Positions 40,900 to 52,712 of a stretch of 64,000 nucleotides of DNA are shown one piece after another (positions within the stretch are counted from its first letter, which is position 1; every line of letters starts with the position of its first letter). A model generated the notes under the pieces. It saw only the letters and a list, made by a program, of their open reading frames with translations, was not told the origin of the DNA and did no database searches. This DNA is from Hypanus sabinus (taxonomy: Eukaryota). The position numbers and the translations under genes are program-made. The DNA lies in the NCBI RefSeq assembly GCF_030144855.1, contig NC_082714.1, forward strand, positions 135,036,001 to 135,100,000. The letters run 5' to 3'.

Positions 40900-41165
40900 C
40901 AAGATACAGTGCAGGATAGGCCCTTCCGACACTTCAAGCTGTGCCACAGAGCAAACCCCAGTTTAACCCTAGCCTAATCACAGGACATTAACAATGACCA
41001 ATTAACATACTATCCAATACATCCTTGGACTGAGAGAGGAAACCGGAGCACCAGGAAGAAACCCATGCATTCAATGTGGAGGATGTACAAACTATTACAG
41101 AGGAAGCGGACTGAACTCCGAACTCAGAGATGTAATAGCATTCTGCTAAATGTTATGCAACCAAG
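40900..41165 (-). mobile_element. HE1/V-SINE-like tRNA-derived SINE
   Basis: gaggaaaccggagcaccaggaagaaacccatgca...tgtacaaact is the reverse complement of the V-domain, with a CR1-like tail at the low-coordinate end. Confidence 0.75.
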
Positions 41166-41459
41166 ATTCACCATTAAATTTGAAATTAAGTTTACCAATT
41201 GAACTTAAATTATCTGGTTCACAAGAAGGGGTTTGAATCTGTACTTCTGGATCACTAGTTCTGTACAAATCGCCACAATTCTCTGCCTAATTGGATCACG
41301 TTATGTGCCCTGTTTTAACCCTTTGCCTCACTTCATCTGCATCTCACTCTCCCTCTTTGGACAATCTATCCGCTCACCTCTTACTAACACCTATCCAGTA
41401 TAAGGGAGAAGCCCCCCCCTCCCCAGAACTTAAGCCCTCTGTCAATTCTTGGTGTGAGT

Positions 41460-41640
41460 GAGGAGTGTTTGCTGGAATCTGGAGCAACAAAGATCCACTG
41501 TAAGAACTCAGCAGATTGAGCAGCATCTCTGTGAGGAATTGTTGATGTTTCAGGTTGAAAACTGGATGTCAATAATTCCATTCCTCCCAGAGATACTGCT
41601 TCACCTGGTGAGCGTTTCCAGCAGATTCTTGATTGCTTGT
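41460..41640. repeat. Palindromic short interspersed repeat (chondrichthyan family; related pieces near 14620, 23565, 32330, 33010, 38720, 53335, 57227 and 57885)
   Basis: The arms ctcagcagattgagcagcatctctg and cagagatactgcttcacctggtgag are imperfect reverse complements. The shared motif is cagatgctgcc.gacctgct.ag. Confidence 0.65.
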
Positions 41641-42519
41641 GAAAGTTAGGGAAGTGATCAGTTTAGCAACTAGTTATCTGTGTTGCCAGTTACAAACATT
41701 GCCCATGCATTAAAATCCTCTCACTAGATTACACTTTTACTTTTTCTTCAATTTCACCTTCAGGAAATCTCAAGCCTTTCTCTCCTTGATTCTCTCTTTT
41801 GTTCCACTGTCCACAAATCCATAACACAAACCAACTTGGAACTACCTGAAATAAAGGTCATCAAATATATAGGACTATATTTTTAGTCGATTCTTGTTTT
41901 GCTCTTGCTGGCTTTTATTGCCTTGCCATTTATGAAGTTTCATTATCCCATTTAAACGAGGAAGACCTGCAGATCATTGCTTCCAAACATAAAGTGCCTC
42001 ATGCTTTATCACTTCTTTTAGTCATGCCAAATCTTTCACCCCAACTCCCCCATGGGCAGTCCCAAACTCAACTGTGAATGAAGGCTTGGGCATGTGGTTA
42101 GAAACCACATCCCTTAAAAAACAAGGGCAACAGAAACACCGCAGAAGCCCCAGAGACTTCATCACTGGGAGAGGAAAGATCTTTGCCTAGATGGGCTACA
42201 ACAGCAGATAACTTGAGAGTTCAGCCCAGGGCAGAGGACTCTGCTGAGTAAGTAAATCTTTCACTCAACCACTCCAGAAAATCCTTGCTGCTTCTCTCAT
42301 CATGTGAACAGTTTTGTTTCTTTACTGGTGTATCTGCCATTCTGAACAAGCTGTAAAGGGTAAACACAAACTTAAAAATATCTTACTGATAAACTTAAAT
42401 GACAATTTTAGTAATATATTTATAGCAAAAAATATTCAAGGCAGCTTTAAATTACATACAGCATTTAATGCTTTAATCACTAAATATCTAGTGTTCACTC
42501 ACAAACACAAGAATATACA

Positions 42520-43382
42520 AAGAGATCAAAGATAGGACAAAGGTGCCCAACCGTTTTCTAACCAAATACTGCAAGGATTTCACCATCAGAATTTCAGATG
42601 GTGTTAAGGAGGCATACAAGAGCAAGATAGACCAGCTAGTTGAGTGGTGTAGCAACAACAACCTTGCAATCAGCATCAGTAAGACCAAGTAATTGTGGAT
42701 TTCAGGAAGTGGAGTTTAATGAATACACACCAGTCTTCATCAAGGGATCAAAAGTGGGAAGGGCGAGCAGTCTCAAGTTCTTGGTTGTCAACATCTCTGA
42801 AGCTCTATCCTGGTCCTAACATATTGATGCAGCTACAAAGAAGGCATGACAATAGCTATATTTCATTAGGAATTTGAGACATGACATGTCACCAGACACC
42901 TGCAAAGTTCTACAGATGTACCATGAAGAGCATTCTAATTGGTTACATCACAGTCTGGTATGGAAGGGCCACTGCACAGGATTGGGAAAAGCTGCAGAAA
43001 GTAGTGAACTTAGCCAGTTCTATCATGGGCACTAGCCTCCCCATCAAAGACACCTTGAAAAAGTGATGCCTCAAAAAGGTGACATCCATCATTAAGGTCT
43101 CCCGTCACCCAGGATATGCCCTCTTCTCATTGCTACCATCAAAGAGGTGGTACAGGAGCTGAAGTTACACGTTCGACATTTTAAGAACAGCTTCTTCCCC
43201 TCCACCAGATTTCTGAATAGACAATAAATCTATGAACACTACCTCACTTTCTTTGTCTCTTTTTGCACTACTTATTTAATTTTTAATATACTGTGAAACA
43301 TCTTACTGCAATTTGAAGTTTTATTATCTAAACAACAAATTTCACAACATATGCCAGTGATATTGAAACCTGATTCTGATTC
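42520..43382 (+). mobile_element. Degraded Rex1/Babar-type LINE 3' portion
   Basis: WCSNNNLAISISKTK, FYRCTMKSILIGYITVWYG and HPGYALFSLLPS, with tail aaacctgattctgattc. Confidence 0.8.
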
Positions 43383-44754
43383 ATTGGTTTGGAAAGTACT
43401 GCTGGAATATCCTGGGAAAGTAACTGTCGTGCATTTTATGGTTAGTACCCTACACAGCAATTATGCACTAATAGTGGTGGCAAAAAAGAACTCTTGGGGT
43501 ACCAATCAAATAGGCTGCTTTATTGTGGCTGGTTTTGATAGTTACTTGTGCTGCTCTTATCTAGTTAACTGGAGAATATTCCAACATTCTCCTGATTGAA
43601 ATCTTATCGGTGGCAGAAAGTCTTAAGGCTGTCAGTAGCCAAGTCAAATCACTCACAAACTAACCTTGTCCTGACCTACTGCTGTAGTCACGGAGTTTAT
43701 ATGGTTGGTTCAGTTGAGTTCATGGACACGGTGACGACCAGGTTATTGATGGCAGGAAGCCAAGTGATGATAATATCACTGAATGACAAAGCTGATTAGA
43801 TGCTGACCACAGAGGAATTCCCAGGCTGGGGAGACAGCATCACCCACTACATCCAAAAGTTAATAAGACATTAGTGCCACTGCATATTGCCTCAATTGTC
43901 TATATGCGTCCAAAGACAAGGCAATGAGATCTGTTAACCATTTGAATGCTGCAAGATTTGAGCTCTCCACAACATCCCTGGTACAGCAGCAGAGGACAGG
44001 GACTTTTAAGGTTTCCAGCAGTCAGTACAAATATCTTCACTTCAATACCACTGCCACTAGGAATGCATAGTCCATTGGTTAAAAAATAAAATCCAGTCTT
44101 TTTTTTTTGGAAACCAGAACAAAGTAATTGAATATTATTATCCATTTTGAACATTTTCACCTATTCAAAACCAGCCACAAAAGTATTGCTTGAAATTCAT
44201 TCTACCCATAGTGCATCAACAAGTGTGCCATGCAACCCATAGATCTGTAATGAACTTATTATTCAAACCTGCTCACCTCTTTTAATTAAAGTTGTTAGCC
44301 CCGAGAAATGGGGATTAAAAAAACTCATGCGTGAACATATATCCAACTGGGGTACCAAATTCTGGTCAGTCGCCTTATCTTCAGATATACAACATCTACA
44401 TATTCATCCCATGACACAGCATAGGTAAATTATCAGACAAAATTCAGCATCACAGGAAACAAACTCTGTCAACAAGCAAGATTTTAATCACCTTTTAAAG
44501 AGAAAGATGAATGAATCTAAATTTAATCTGAGGGTTGTAGTAAATAAATGTTAGGTTAACAAACTCAAACTGAAGGATCAGGGGAACAAAATAGCACATT
44601 AATACACTTTTTTTTCCTAAACTACACTTCTATAGACTACTATAAAGTTTGTTCCAGCTGAAGGTTATTGCTTAAAATAAGGTAATTGCTGTTCAGTGGG
44701 CTTCAGTCATCGTGAGCAAATATTTGGTTTGGCAAGCCAGCGCAAGATCTGTGT

Positions 44755-44778
44755 GGGGGCGGGGGGGGGGGGGGGGGG
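44755..44778 (+). repeat. Poly-G tract (another at ~53529-53548)
   Basis: Direct reading. Confidence 0.9.
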
Positions 44779-44899
44779 AGTGCTTTCAGGACTTTTCAGC
44801 AGACTTCAGTTATCATTACTAATGGCTTAATAAATTAAGGCTAATAAAAGGTCTAGTTTTACCTGAGTGTTCATCATGAGGAAGGCCATAGCGTTAGTA

Positions 44900-47800
44900 G
44901 ACAAGGGTTAAGAGTGGAGGCTTTGAGGCTACAAAGCACAAGGCTGAGGCAAAAAGGGGAACGTTCCTATTTTTCTTTATTAGTGTATAGCTAGTGCAGT
45001 GAGAATGCGTCCAGGGTCAGTAGTGTGTTCTTCCTGACTAATGTGGGAATTCTGGGAGACCTCCAGTCTCGTTGATAACTACATCTGCTTGAAATGCATC
45101 CAACTGCAGCTCCTCACAAATAGTGTTAGTGAACTGGAACTACAGCAGAGTAATCTTCAGCTTGTACAAGTGACTGAGGAAGTGATAGGTGCTACAAGGA
45201 GGTAGTCACCCCTTAAGTTGCAGGGGCAGTTTGCTGGGTGACTGTCAGAAAGGGACAGTGCAAAGTACCCCTGGGGTTATTTTCCTCAATAACAAGTATA
45301 CCACTTTGAATACTGTTTTTTGTGTGTGAGGGGAAAGAGAACCTACGAGGCTAAAGCTAGTCTCTGGCGCTCTGGCTCATAAGGGAATGGACAAGGAGTG
45401 CAATCATGATAGGGAATTCAATAGAAGATACAGTGGACATGATGATATGTAGACTCCCAGGTGCCAGTATTCTAAAGGGGGAAGGTGAGCAGCCAGCAGC
45501 GATGGCACACATTAGTACCAATGTCAAGGGCAGGAAAATAGATGAGGTCCAGAAGAGAGATGATAGTGAGCTATATAGAAAGCTAAAAAGTAGGAAATCA
45601 AAGATAGTAATCTCAGGATTGCTGTGTGCCATACACCGGTGAAGACAAGAGTAGCATGATCTGTAAAATGAATGAGTGGCTGAGAAATTGGCTCAAGGGG
45701 CAGCATTTCAGATCTCTCCATCATTGGGATTCCTTCTGGGGATGGTCTGAACAAAAAGAATGGATTATCCCGAGGGGGAATATATCCCTGTGGGTAGATT
45801 TGTTAGTTGCGGAGGGTTTAAACTTGTTTGGCAAGGGAATGGGAGCTGAAGTGATAGTTTGAGGATAGGGCTGTTTGAATACAGGTAGATACACCATGTA
45901 GAGTCTGTGAGAAAGGATAGGTAGCCGATAGGGCAAAATTGCAGTGGTATTGGTTGAAGTGTGTGCATTTTAATGCAAGTAGTATCAGGAACAAGGATGA
46001 TAAACCTGGAGCATGGGTCAGTACATGGAACTACAATGTTGTGGCCATTAGAGACTTAACTGTCACAAGGGCAGGAATGATTGCTGGTTATTTTGGGGTT
46101 TAGATGTTTCAAAAGGAACAGAGAGGTAAAACTGGGGAGCATAAATTGGGAACAAATGTAATTGGGGAAATGCACAATAGAAATGTAAAGTTGTTTAGGG
46201 AGAACTTGCTGGGGCTTCTGGATAGGTGTGTCCATTGAGGCAGGGAAAGAACATCAAGTCAAGCAGAAACAAGGTGGTCATTTTAGGTTTAGGAAGCAAG
46301 AATTAAACAGGGCTCTAGGGAGTTCCAAGGTAGCCAGGAGAGAGGTGAAGAATGGACTCAGGCGAGCTAGATGGGGCATGAGAAAGCCTTGGCACGGAGG
46401 ATTTGAGAAAAGCCCAAGGCATTCTACCCATGTATGAAACACAGGATGGCCACAGTGAGGGCAGGACCGATCAGAGAGAGTAGAGGAAACGTATCTGGAG
46501 GCAAAGGAGGTGGGAAGGATCTTTAATGAATACCTTGCTTCAGTATTGATCAGTAAGAGGGACTTAGATGATTGTGAGAACAAAGTATGCTTGAATATGT
46601 TTATATTAAGAGGATGTGCTAGAGGCTTTGAGAAAACATTTAGTTAAGTCTGCAGGGCCAGATGGGATACACCCCAGTTTACCCCAGGAAGCGAGGGTTG
46701 AGATTGCCGTGTCCTAGGCGATGATCTTTGCATCCTAATTGGCCACGTGTAGTATCAGATGAGGGTGCTATTCCTTTGTTCAAGACAGACATATGGGATA
46801 ACCCTGGGAATTTTAGAACAGTTTTACTTCAGTAGTGGGCAAATTAGTGGAGAGGATTCTTAAGAGACAGGGTTTACAAGTACTTGAAGAAACAACCTGG
46901 TTATGGATAGTCAGCAGGGCTTTGTGAGGGGCAGGTCATGCCTCACAAGCCTGATTGAATTGAGCATGTGGTAAAAGTACATTAATGTAGGTAGACCAGT
47001 AGATGTGGTGCATATATGACTTTCAGTAAGGCGCTTAATCAAGGTTGGCCATGGTAGGCTCATTCAGAAAGAGGGGAGGCATGGGATCCAGGGAAATTTG
47101 GATGTATGGAAACTGAATTGGCTTGTCCACAGAAGGCGGGGTGATGGTGGTAGTAGATGAGAATATTCTGCTCCGAGTTTGGCGACCAGTGGTGTTCAGC
47201 AGGGATTCCTGCTCTTTGCGAGATTAATACATGACTTTGAAAACTAAGTTGAAGTTTGCAGATGACACAAAGGTTGGTGAAATTGTAGATATTGTGGAGA
47301 GTTGTTGGAGGTTGTAAGGGGACAGTGACCAGATGTAGAGCTGGGCTGAGAAGTGGCAGATGCAGTTCAACCCAGAAAAGTGTGGAGTGCTTCATTTTAG
47401 AAGGTCAAACTTGAAGGCAGAGTACAAGTTTAAAGGCAGGATTCTCAACAGTGTGGAAGAACAGAGGGATCGTGGGTCAATGTCCATACTTCCTTAAAGT
47501 TACTACACAAGTTGATAAGGTTGTTAAGAAGGCATATGGTGTGTTGGCCTGCATCAGTCAGGGTACTGAGTTCAAGTGCCACGAGGTAATGTTACAGCTT
47601 GAAACCCTGGTTACACCACATTTGGAATCTTGCATTAATTTTTTGTCACCTCATTATAGGAAGGATGTGGAGGCTTTAGAGAGAGTGTAGATATTTACTG
47701 GTATGCTCAATGAGAGAGCATGTCATAGGACTTCACTCTTTGGAGCAAAGGAGGATGAGAGGAGACTTGATTGTTGCGTACAAGTTGATAAGTGGCATAG

Positions 47801-48120
47801 ATAAGAGTGGATAACTAGGAATTTTTTCCCAGATCAGAAATGGCTAATACAAGGGGACATAATGTTAAGATGATTGGAGGAAGGTACAGGGGGATATAAA
47901 AAGGTAATTTCTTTATACAGTGATGGATGCTTAGAATGCTCTGCCAGGATTGATGGTAGAAGCAGATACATTCTGGGTATTTAAAGAACACTTAGATAGG
48001 TACATGGATGATAGAAAATGGGCAGTTATGTAGGAAGGAAGGGTTAGATTGATCTTAGAGTATGTTAAAAGGGCAGCACAACATTGCAGGTCTGTACTGT
48101 GCAGTAAAGTTCTAGGCTCT
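44900..48120 (+). mobile_element. Near full-length but decayed CR1 LINE (ORF1 zinc finger/esterase; ORF2 endonuclease and RT)
   Basis: VVCSS...WE...YICLKCIQLQLL, IGNSI, VISGLL, FNASSIRNK, SAGPDGIHP, SQQGFVRGRSCLTSLIE, KFADDTKVG and WQMQFNPEKC occur in order, ending in a 3' tail. Confidence 0.9.
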
Positions 48121-48239
48121 GTAACAGGAAACTGAATACTGTACAGATGTAATACAGCCATGACACCGACTAAGCCCACCCACCAATTATAAAGTTCTTG
48201 ACTATTTCAGTTATTTGACATTACTTTCAAGAGAAATTT

Positions 48240-49322
48240 GCAAAACTCGAAGATTCAGAATTTAATGCAATTCATGTATAGGTATTCATTGCACATTTTT
48301 AACAATACGGTAAATCCAAACATAAATGGAAAGAAAGCTGAACATAACTTAATGGAGCCATGAAGAAGAAATCACTTGTGCTTGCTAAACAGATATTGTT
48401 TATTAAGGCTTGTATTCTCCTAGAGGAAAGAAAATCAACCCAATGATGTTCATTTACCTTACAGGCAATATTCCATAGACATAACTAAAATTGTCTAAAT
48501 AAGTCTAAATGATAGTTTATTTCTTTAAATTGAGGTCCATTTTTATAACTAAGTTTAGAAGAGTTAATCGTTTGCTTCCTAATGATAGTAAAGTTCCTCT
48601 ACAATAAACACGTGCAAGTTTCTGTGAACTAAAGCAACAGGCATGAGCACCGTTTCATGCTTTATCCAGTCTGCAGCAATTTCAATGGTTCCCTCATTTC
48701 ACAGACAGTACAGCAAAGTACAGCTTTCGGACAGAAAATGAATCAAAGTATTTCATTTTGGAAGAATCAAGAGACGTTTGCATCAATTTATATTTTTTGA
48801 GACATCAACCATCATTTCCACTATTTGTTCCTACATTAAAGCTTAGCTTTACAGAAGGAAAAATAAAATGGCCGTGGGATTTTCATGAAAGAATGCAAAT
48901 TAACAGCAGCTTGAAAAAAAGCTCAAAGTTAATGCACATCACCAAAAACTAGTAACGCTGAAAGCATCACATCATCCAAACTACAGAAGGCTGATGCAGT
49001 AATATTTCCTATAAAAAGGAGCACAGAGTGCTCATCTTCCCAGGATTGCTAAACAAATGCAAGCTAAAGCTTCAGTGTAACAGAAGTTACCAGTGACTGC
49101 TACAGCATTTAGGTGCAAAATTACAAACAAAATGCAGACCAGTCTGGGCAAAAACAAAATCAAAAAACTGAAGAGTATTAAAAACATGATATAGCTTAAT
49201 TCCCCTGCACATAAAGATATCACTGGAGCAGAAAGCTTTGATTTTTCATTCTGATGCTGGAATCACAGCACCAGCTTTTTTCAGTTTTTTTTAAATAATT
49301 CATCAAGTCAAATGTTTTCTTA
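48240..49322 (-). other. YTHDF1: YTHDF1 3'UTR (end approximate), with candidate poly(A) signals AATAAA 48516-48521, AATAAA 48399-48404 and ATTAAA 48261-48266
   Basis: Unique U-rich (minus-strand) sequence lies between the stop codon and the 3' end of a CR1 at ~48120. The hexamers were read directly from the sequence. Confidence 0.7.
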
Positions 49323-49346
49323 TCATTTGTTTCGATTCAGGCGCTC
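49323..49346 (-). CDS. YTHDF1: YTHDF1 terminal coding exon (ERLNRNK*)
   Basis: The minus strand reads ctttttctttctctgcag|GAG CGC CTG AAT CGA AAC AAA TGA. It has a strong pyrimidine tract, is phase 0, and matches the human C-terminus ERQSRNKQ. Confidence 0.93.
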   Translation of the reverse strand, partial: ERLNRNK

Positions 49347-51852
49347 CTGCAGAGAAAGAAAAAAGTTATTTTTGTAAAGGCAAAATGAATCCTTTTCTTT
49401 AAACCTACATTTCATACATACTAACAATTCTGTTAGATTTTCAACTGTATTTCATAATCCAGCAACAAAAATTGACTTTTCTTGTCCTCTTGCTTACCAT
49501 TTTAAAATACAAACAGCAATTCTTGTCACTATTTCAATCAGTTTATAATCATGCATTAATTCATAGTATTACAAAGACTTGTTTTAATCAAGTTCATTTA
49601 ATAATTTGCTGGAAAGTGAAAATAAGAACAATATACTGCAGTTGACGAACTCTTGTCAAAAAGAAAAACACAATAGGTTGTGAACCAAATCTCCAACTCA
49701 AAAGAGTAAATATGTTTAGCTAATCCATATTCAGATAATGATCCAAAGCCAGCAATGCTTGCAGAAGCAGTTCACAGGATGCCAGTCCTTTTCAAAATTA
49801 CTCACATTACCAATTCTAATATGCTCCTTCTTACCTACCTTGTGCAATGTGAAAATCCCACACCATACATCTCATCAGCTCTTTACAATTTGCAGATTCA
49901 ACATGCTTCTAAAATAAACTGCATAGTAACCCTTATGTTCTCATATCAGTACAGCCCTACATAGGAACATCACAAATTCACGAATGTGCTGAAGCTGTAT
50001 CCGCATAATTATTATCAATTAAGATTGGGCCAAAGGAAGAATATGCAGCTAATAAGTTTCAGTTCCTTGGTGGATTCCACAGCAAAATTCGTTTTGTTTG
50101 GGACAACCCTACATGCAGCATTATGTTGCCCTTTACCTCCCAAATTGGAGCATCAGAGATGTAATGAAATACCTCAGCAAACCTCTTAAAGGTTATGTTA
50201 TCATTTATAAAGTTGACTAAATACACTTGGAAGTCTTGATATTTATTTGCAATATACTACTATAGATTTAGTTTGCACTACACGTTATTTCAATATGAAC
50301 ATTGGGGAATCTTGACTGAGATATGCATAGATCAATCAACAAGCAAGTCTGTAACTGGGCTATCCTGGCCATGCCCAATGCACACCAAGCAGTGCCAATT
50401 TCTATAGATTTCCAGCTATCACTCTGGGAAATATACTGGCTGAGCCCACACTAAGTATGATAGTCCCTTGCAACGGATGGAAGAAATCAGCTGCTGGGTG
50501 AAAGCCAATCAGGGTTATTAATTTAACTTGAATACTTTATTTTTATGATCAGAATTTTTACTATTAAAAAGTAATGCATATGTATTCTGTATGTTCTGTA
50601 TACTTAAAAATGTCAAGGCATTCATATTAACAACAATGACTTGATGTGGGGGTAGCAGGCCTTTTAATCAGGGCTGCTGGCCAGTTATTCTGGAAAAATC
50701 CTCTGAGTGGAAGACTACACCCCAGATGAGAATGTTGTAGGAGCATGGTGTAGAAGCATACAGCTAATGTTTTTGGTATTTTCAGAAAAGCCACTGCATT
50801 ATAAAATAGATCACAACTCTGTGGGGAATAAATTAGCTTTGAATATTTCCCCACTAAAATTCCAATCTGCACCGAATACACAGAAGGCCAATTCCCACCG
50901 AATGTATAATACAACAGTGGGGAAGGAGTTATCCCTGTAACTTTCACAGATCTATCCAATTAAGCAATTGGGGCCACACCACCTGAAGATGATGAAGTGC
51001 AATCTAAGCATTGCCGAAAACAATTTGACTCTATAAATAAATCAATTATTGTGTGCCCAATATATAATACATAACTACAACATTAATTTTAAATGTCTTT
51101 CTATCCCAAACAAAAGCCTCAGATTTGCAGTTCAAGGTTAAAAATATTTAGGATTACAAAGGAATTGGAATTTTTTGCCTTGGAGTAAACAGCTGTTCTC
51201 TCCACAAGATTTTACATCCATATTCTCTACTCCATGCTCCCCAAGGCCAAATTAACCCTTTACCTACTCCTGCTCTTCTAAGACTCTTTTTCCATTTTTC
51301 TAAGAGCAAAGTCCTCCTACCGCCAAACTAGAAGTAGGTGAAAAGCCAAATTTTAAGGGTAGAAATAGTGTAGAAAACTTTAGTGTAATCTTTCTGTTAA
51401 ATAAGCATTATTTCAAGAAAATTACCTGCTCTGCCAATTATTACCACTGGATTATTCCCACTGAAACTCTCAACTGGAATGATTTATGAGAAATGAAATA
51501 TTTGTGATATTAGAACATCTTCCCTTTCTAAAACAAGAAGGGGTCTATCACAGTGGAGATTATACCAATATGTTTTATAATTGTGCTAATACGTGATTTC
51601 TTGAAATTCTCGGTACTTTTTAAGATAGAGATAAGGGATAGAGATGAAAAAGCTGTCAAAGCTTCAGTTTTCTTGTTCTAGACTATAACAGGCAGAATAA
51701 GAGCAAATACCATGTGTGGTTCAAAAAAAAATAGGGTAGGGTTGGAAATTAATGCAATCATAAATGCAAGAAGGTGGCACAGGGAATAGGCTGTGGAACT
51801 CAAGTTAAAATAAAAGGGTAAAAGACAGTGGTGGAGATATTTTGGCTTGAAT

Positions 51853-52712
51853 TGTGATATGGTGCAACTCAAACTACCTGCGTCTCAATATCACCAAGAC
51901 CAAGGAGATGGTGGTGGACTTTAGGAGATCTAGGCCTCATATGGAGCCAGTGATCATTAATGGAGAATGTGTGGAGCAGGTTAAGACCTACAAGTATCTG
52001 GGAGTGCAGTTAGACGAGAAGCTAGACTGGACTGCCAACACAGATGCCCTGTGCAGGAAAGCACAGAGTCGACTGAACTTCCTCAAAAGGCTAGCGTCAT
52101 TCAATGTTGTAGTGAGATGCTGAAGGTGTTCTATCGGTCAGTTGTGGAGAGCGCCCTCTTCTTTGTGGTGGCGTGCTGGGGAGGCAGCATTAAGAAGAGA
52201 GACGCCTCACGTCTTAATAAGCTGGTAAGGAAGGTAAGCTCTGTTGTGGGCACAGAACTGGAGAGTATGACATCGGTGGCAGAGCGGAGGGTGCTGAGTA
52301 GGCTAAGGTCAATCATGGAAAACCTTGAACATCCTCTGCACAGCACCATCCAGAGACAGAGAAGCAGCTTCAGCAGCAGGTTGCTGTCAATGCAATGCTG
52401 CTCAGACAGGATGAAGAGATCATTACTCTCCAACACCATTCAGCTCTACAATTCAACCACCAGGGGCAAGACATGTTAAGTGCCGGGGTTAGGACTGAGC
52501 TTAAGTTACCACTCAATGCACTTCAGTAAACTATTTAAGAACTTTTTAAAAGCTATTTATTAATGCTTTTTGGGAGGGTGATTTTAGATGTATATCATAT
52601 TTATACTGAGTTAAGTACTGTATGTAATTAGTTTTGCTACAATAAGTGTATGGGACACTGGAAAAATGTTGAATTTCCCCTTGGGGATGAATAAAGTATC
52701 TATCTATCTATC
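51853..52712 (+). mobile_element. Relatively young 5'-truncated Rex1/Babar-type LINE in the YTHDF1 intron, antisense to the gene
   Basis: ORFs WCNSNYLRLNITKTKEMVVDFRR...YKYLGVQLDEKLDW and FYRSVVESALFFVVACWGG...HPLH, with a single frameshift. The tail is aataaagta(tcta)n. Confidence 0.9.

Noticed and set aside
48240-49322. miR-124 target site in the neighbouring YTHDF1 3'UTR
   Set aside because: No GTGCCTT (AAGGCAC on the + strand) was seen on manual reading, so direct cis-linked targeting is unsupported.
49835-49908. Second possible cassette exon in the YTHDF1 intron (tttattttag|AAG...AAG|GTAGGTAAG)
   Set aside because: It is 70 or 74 nt, frameshifting, has intron-like composition and shows no homology. 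It is indistinguishable from a chance pseudo-exon without RNA data.
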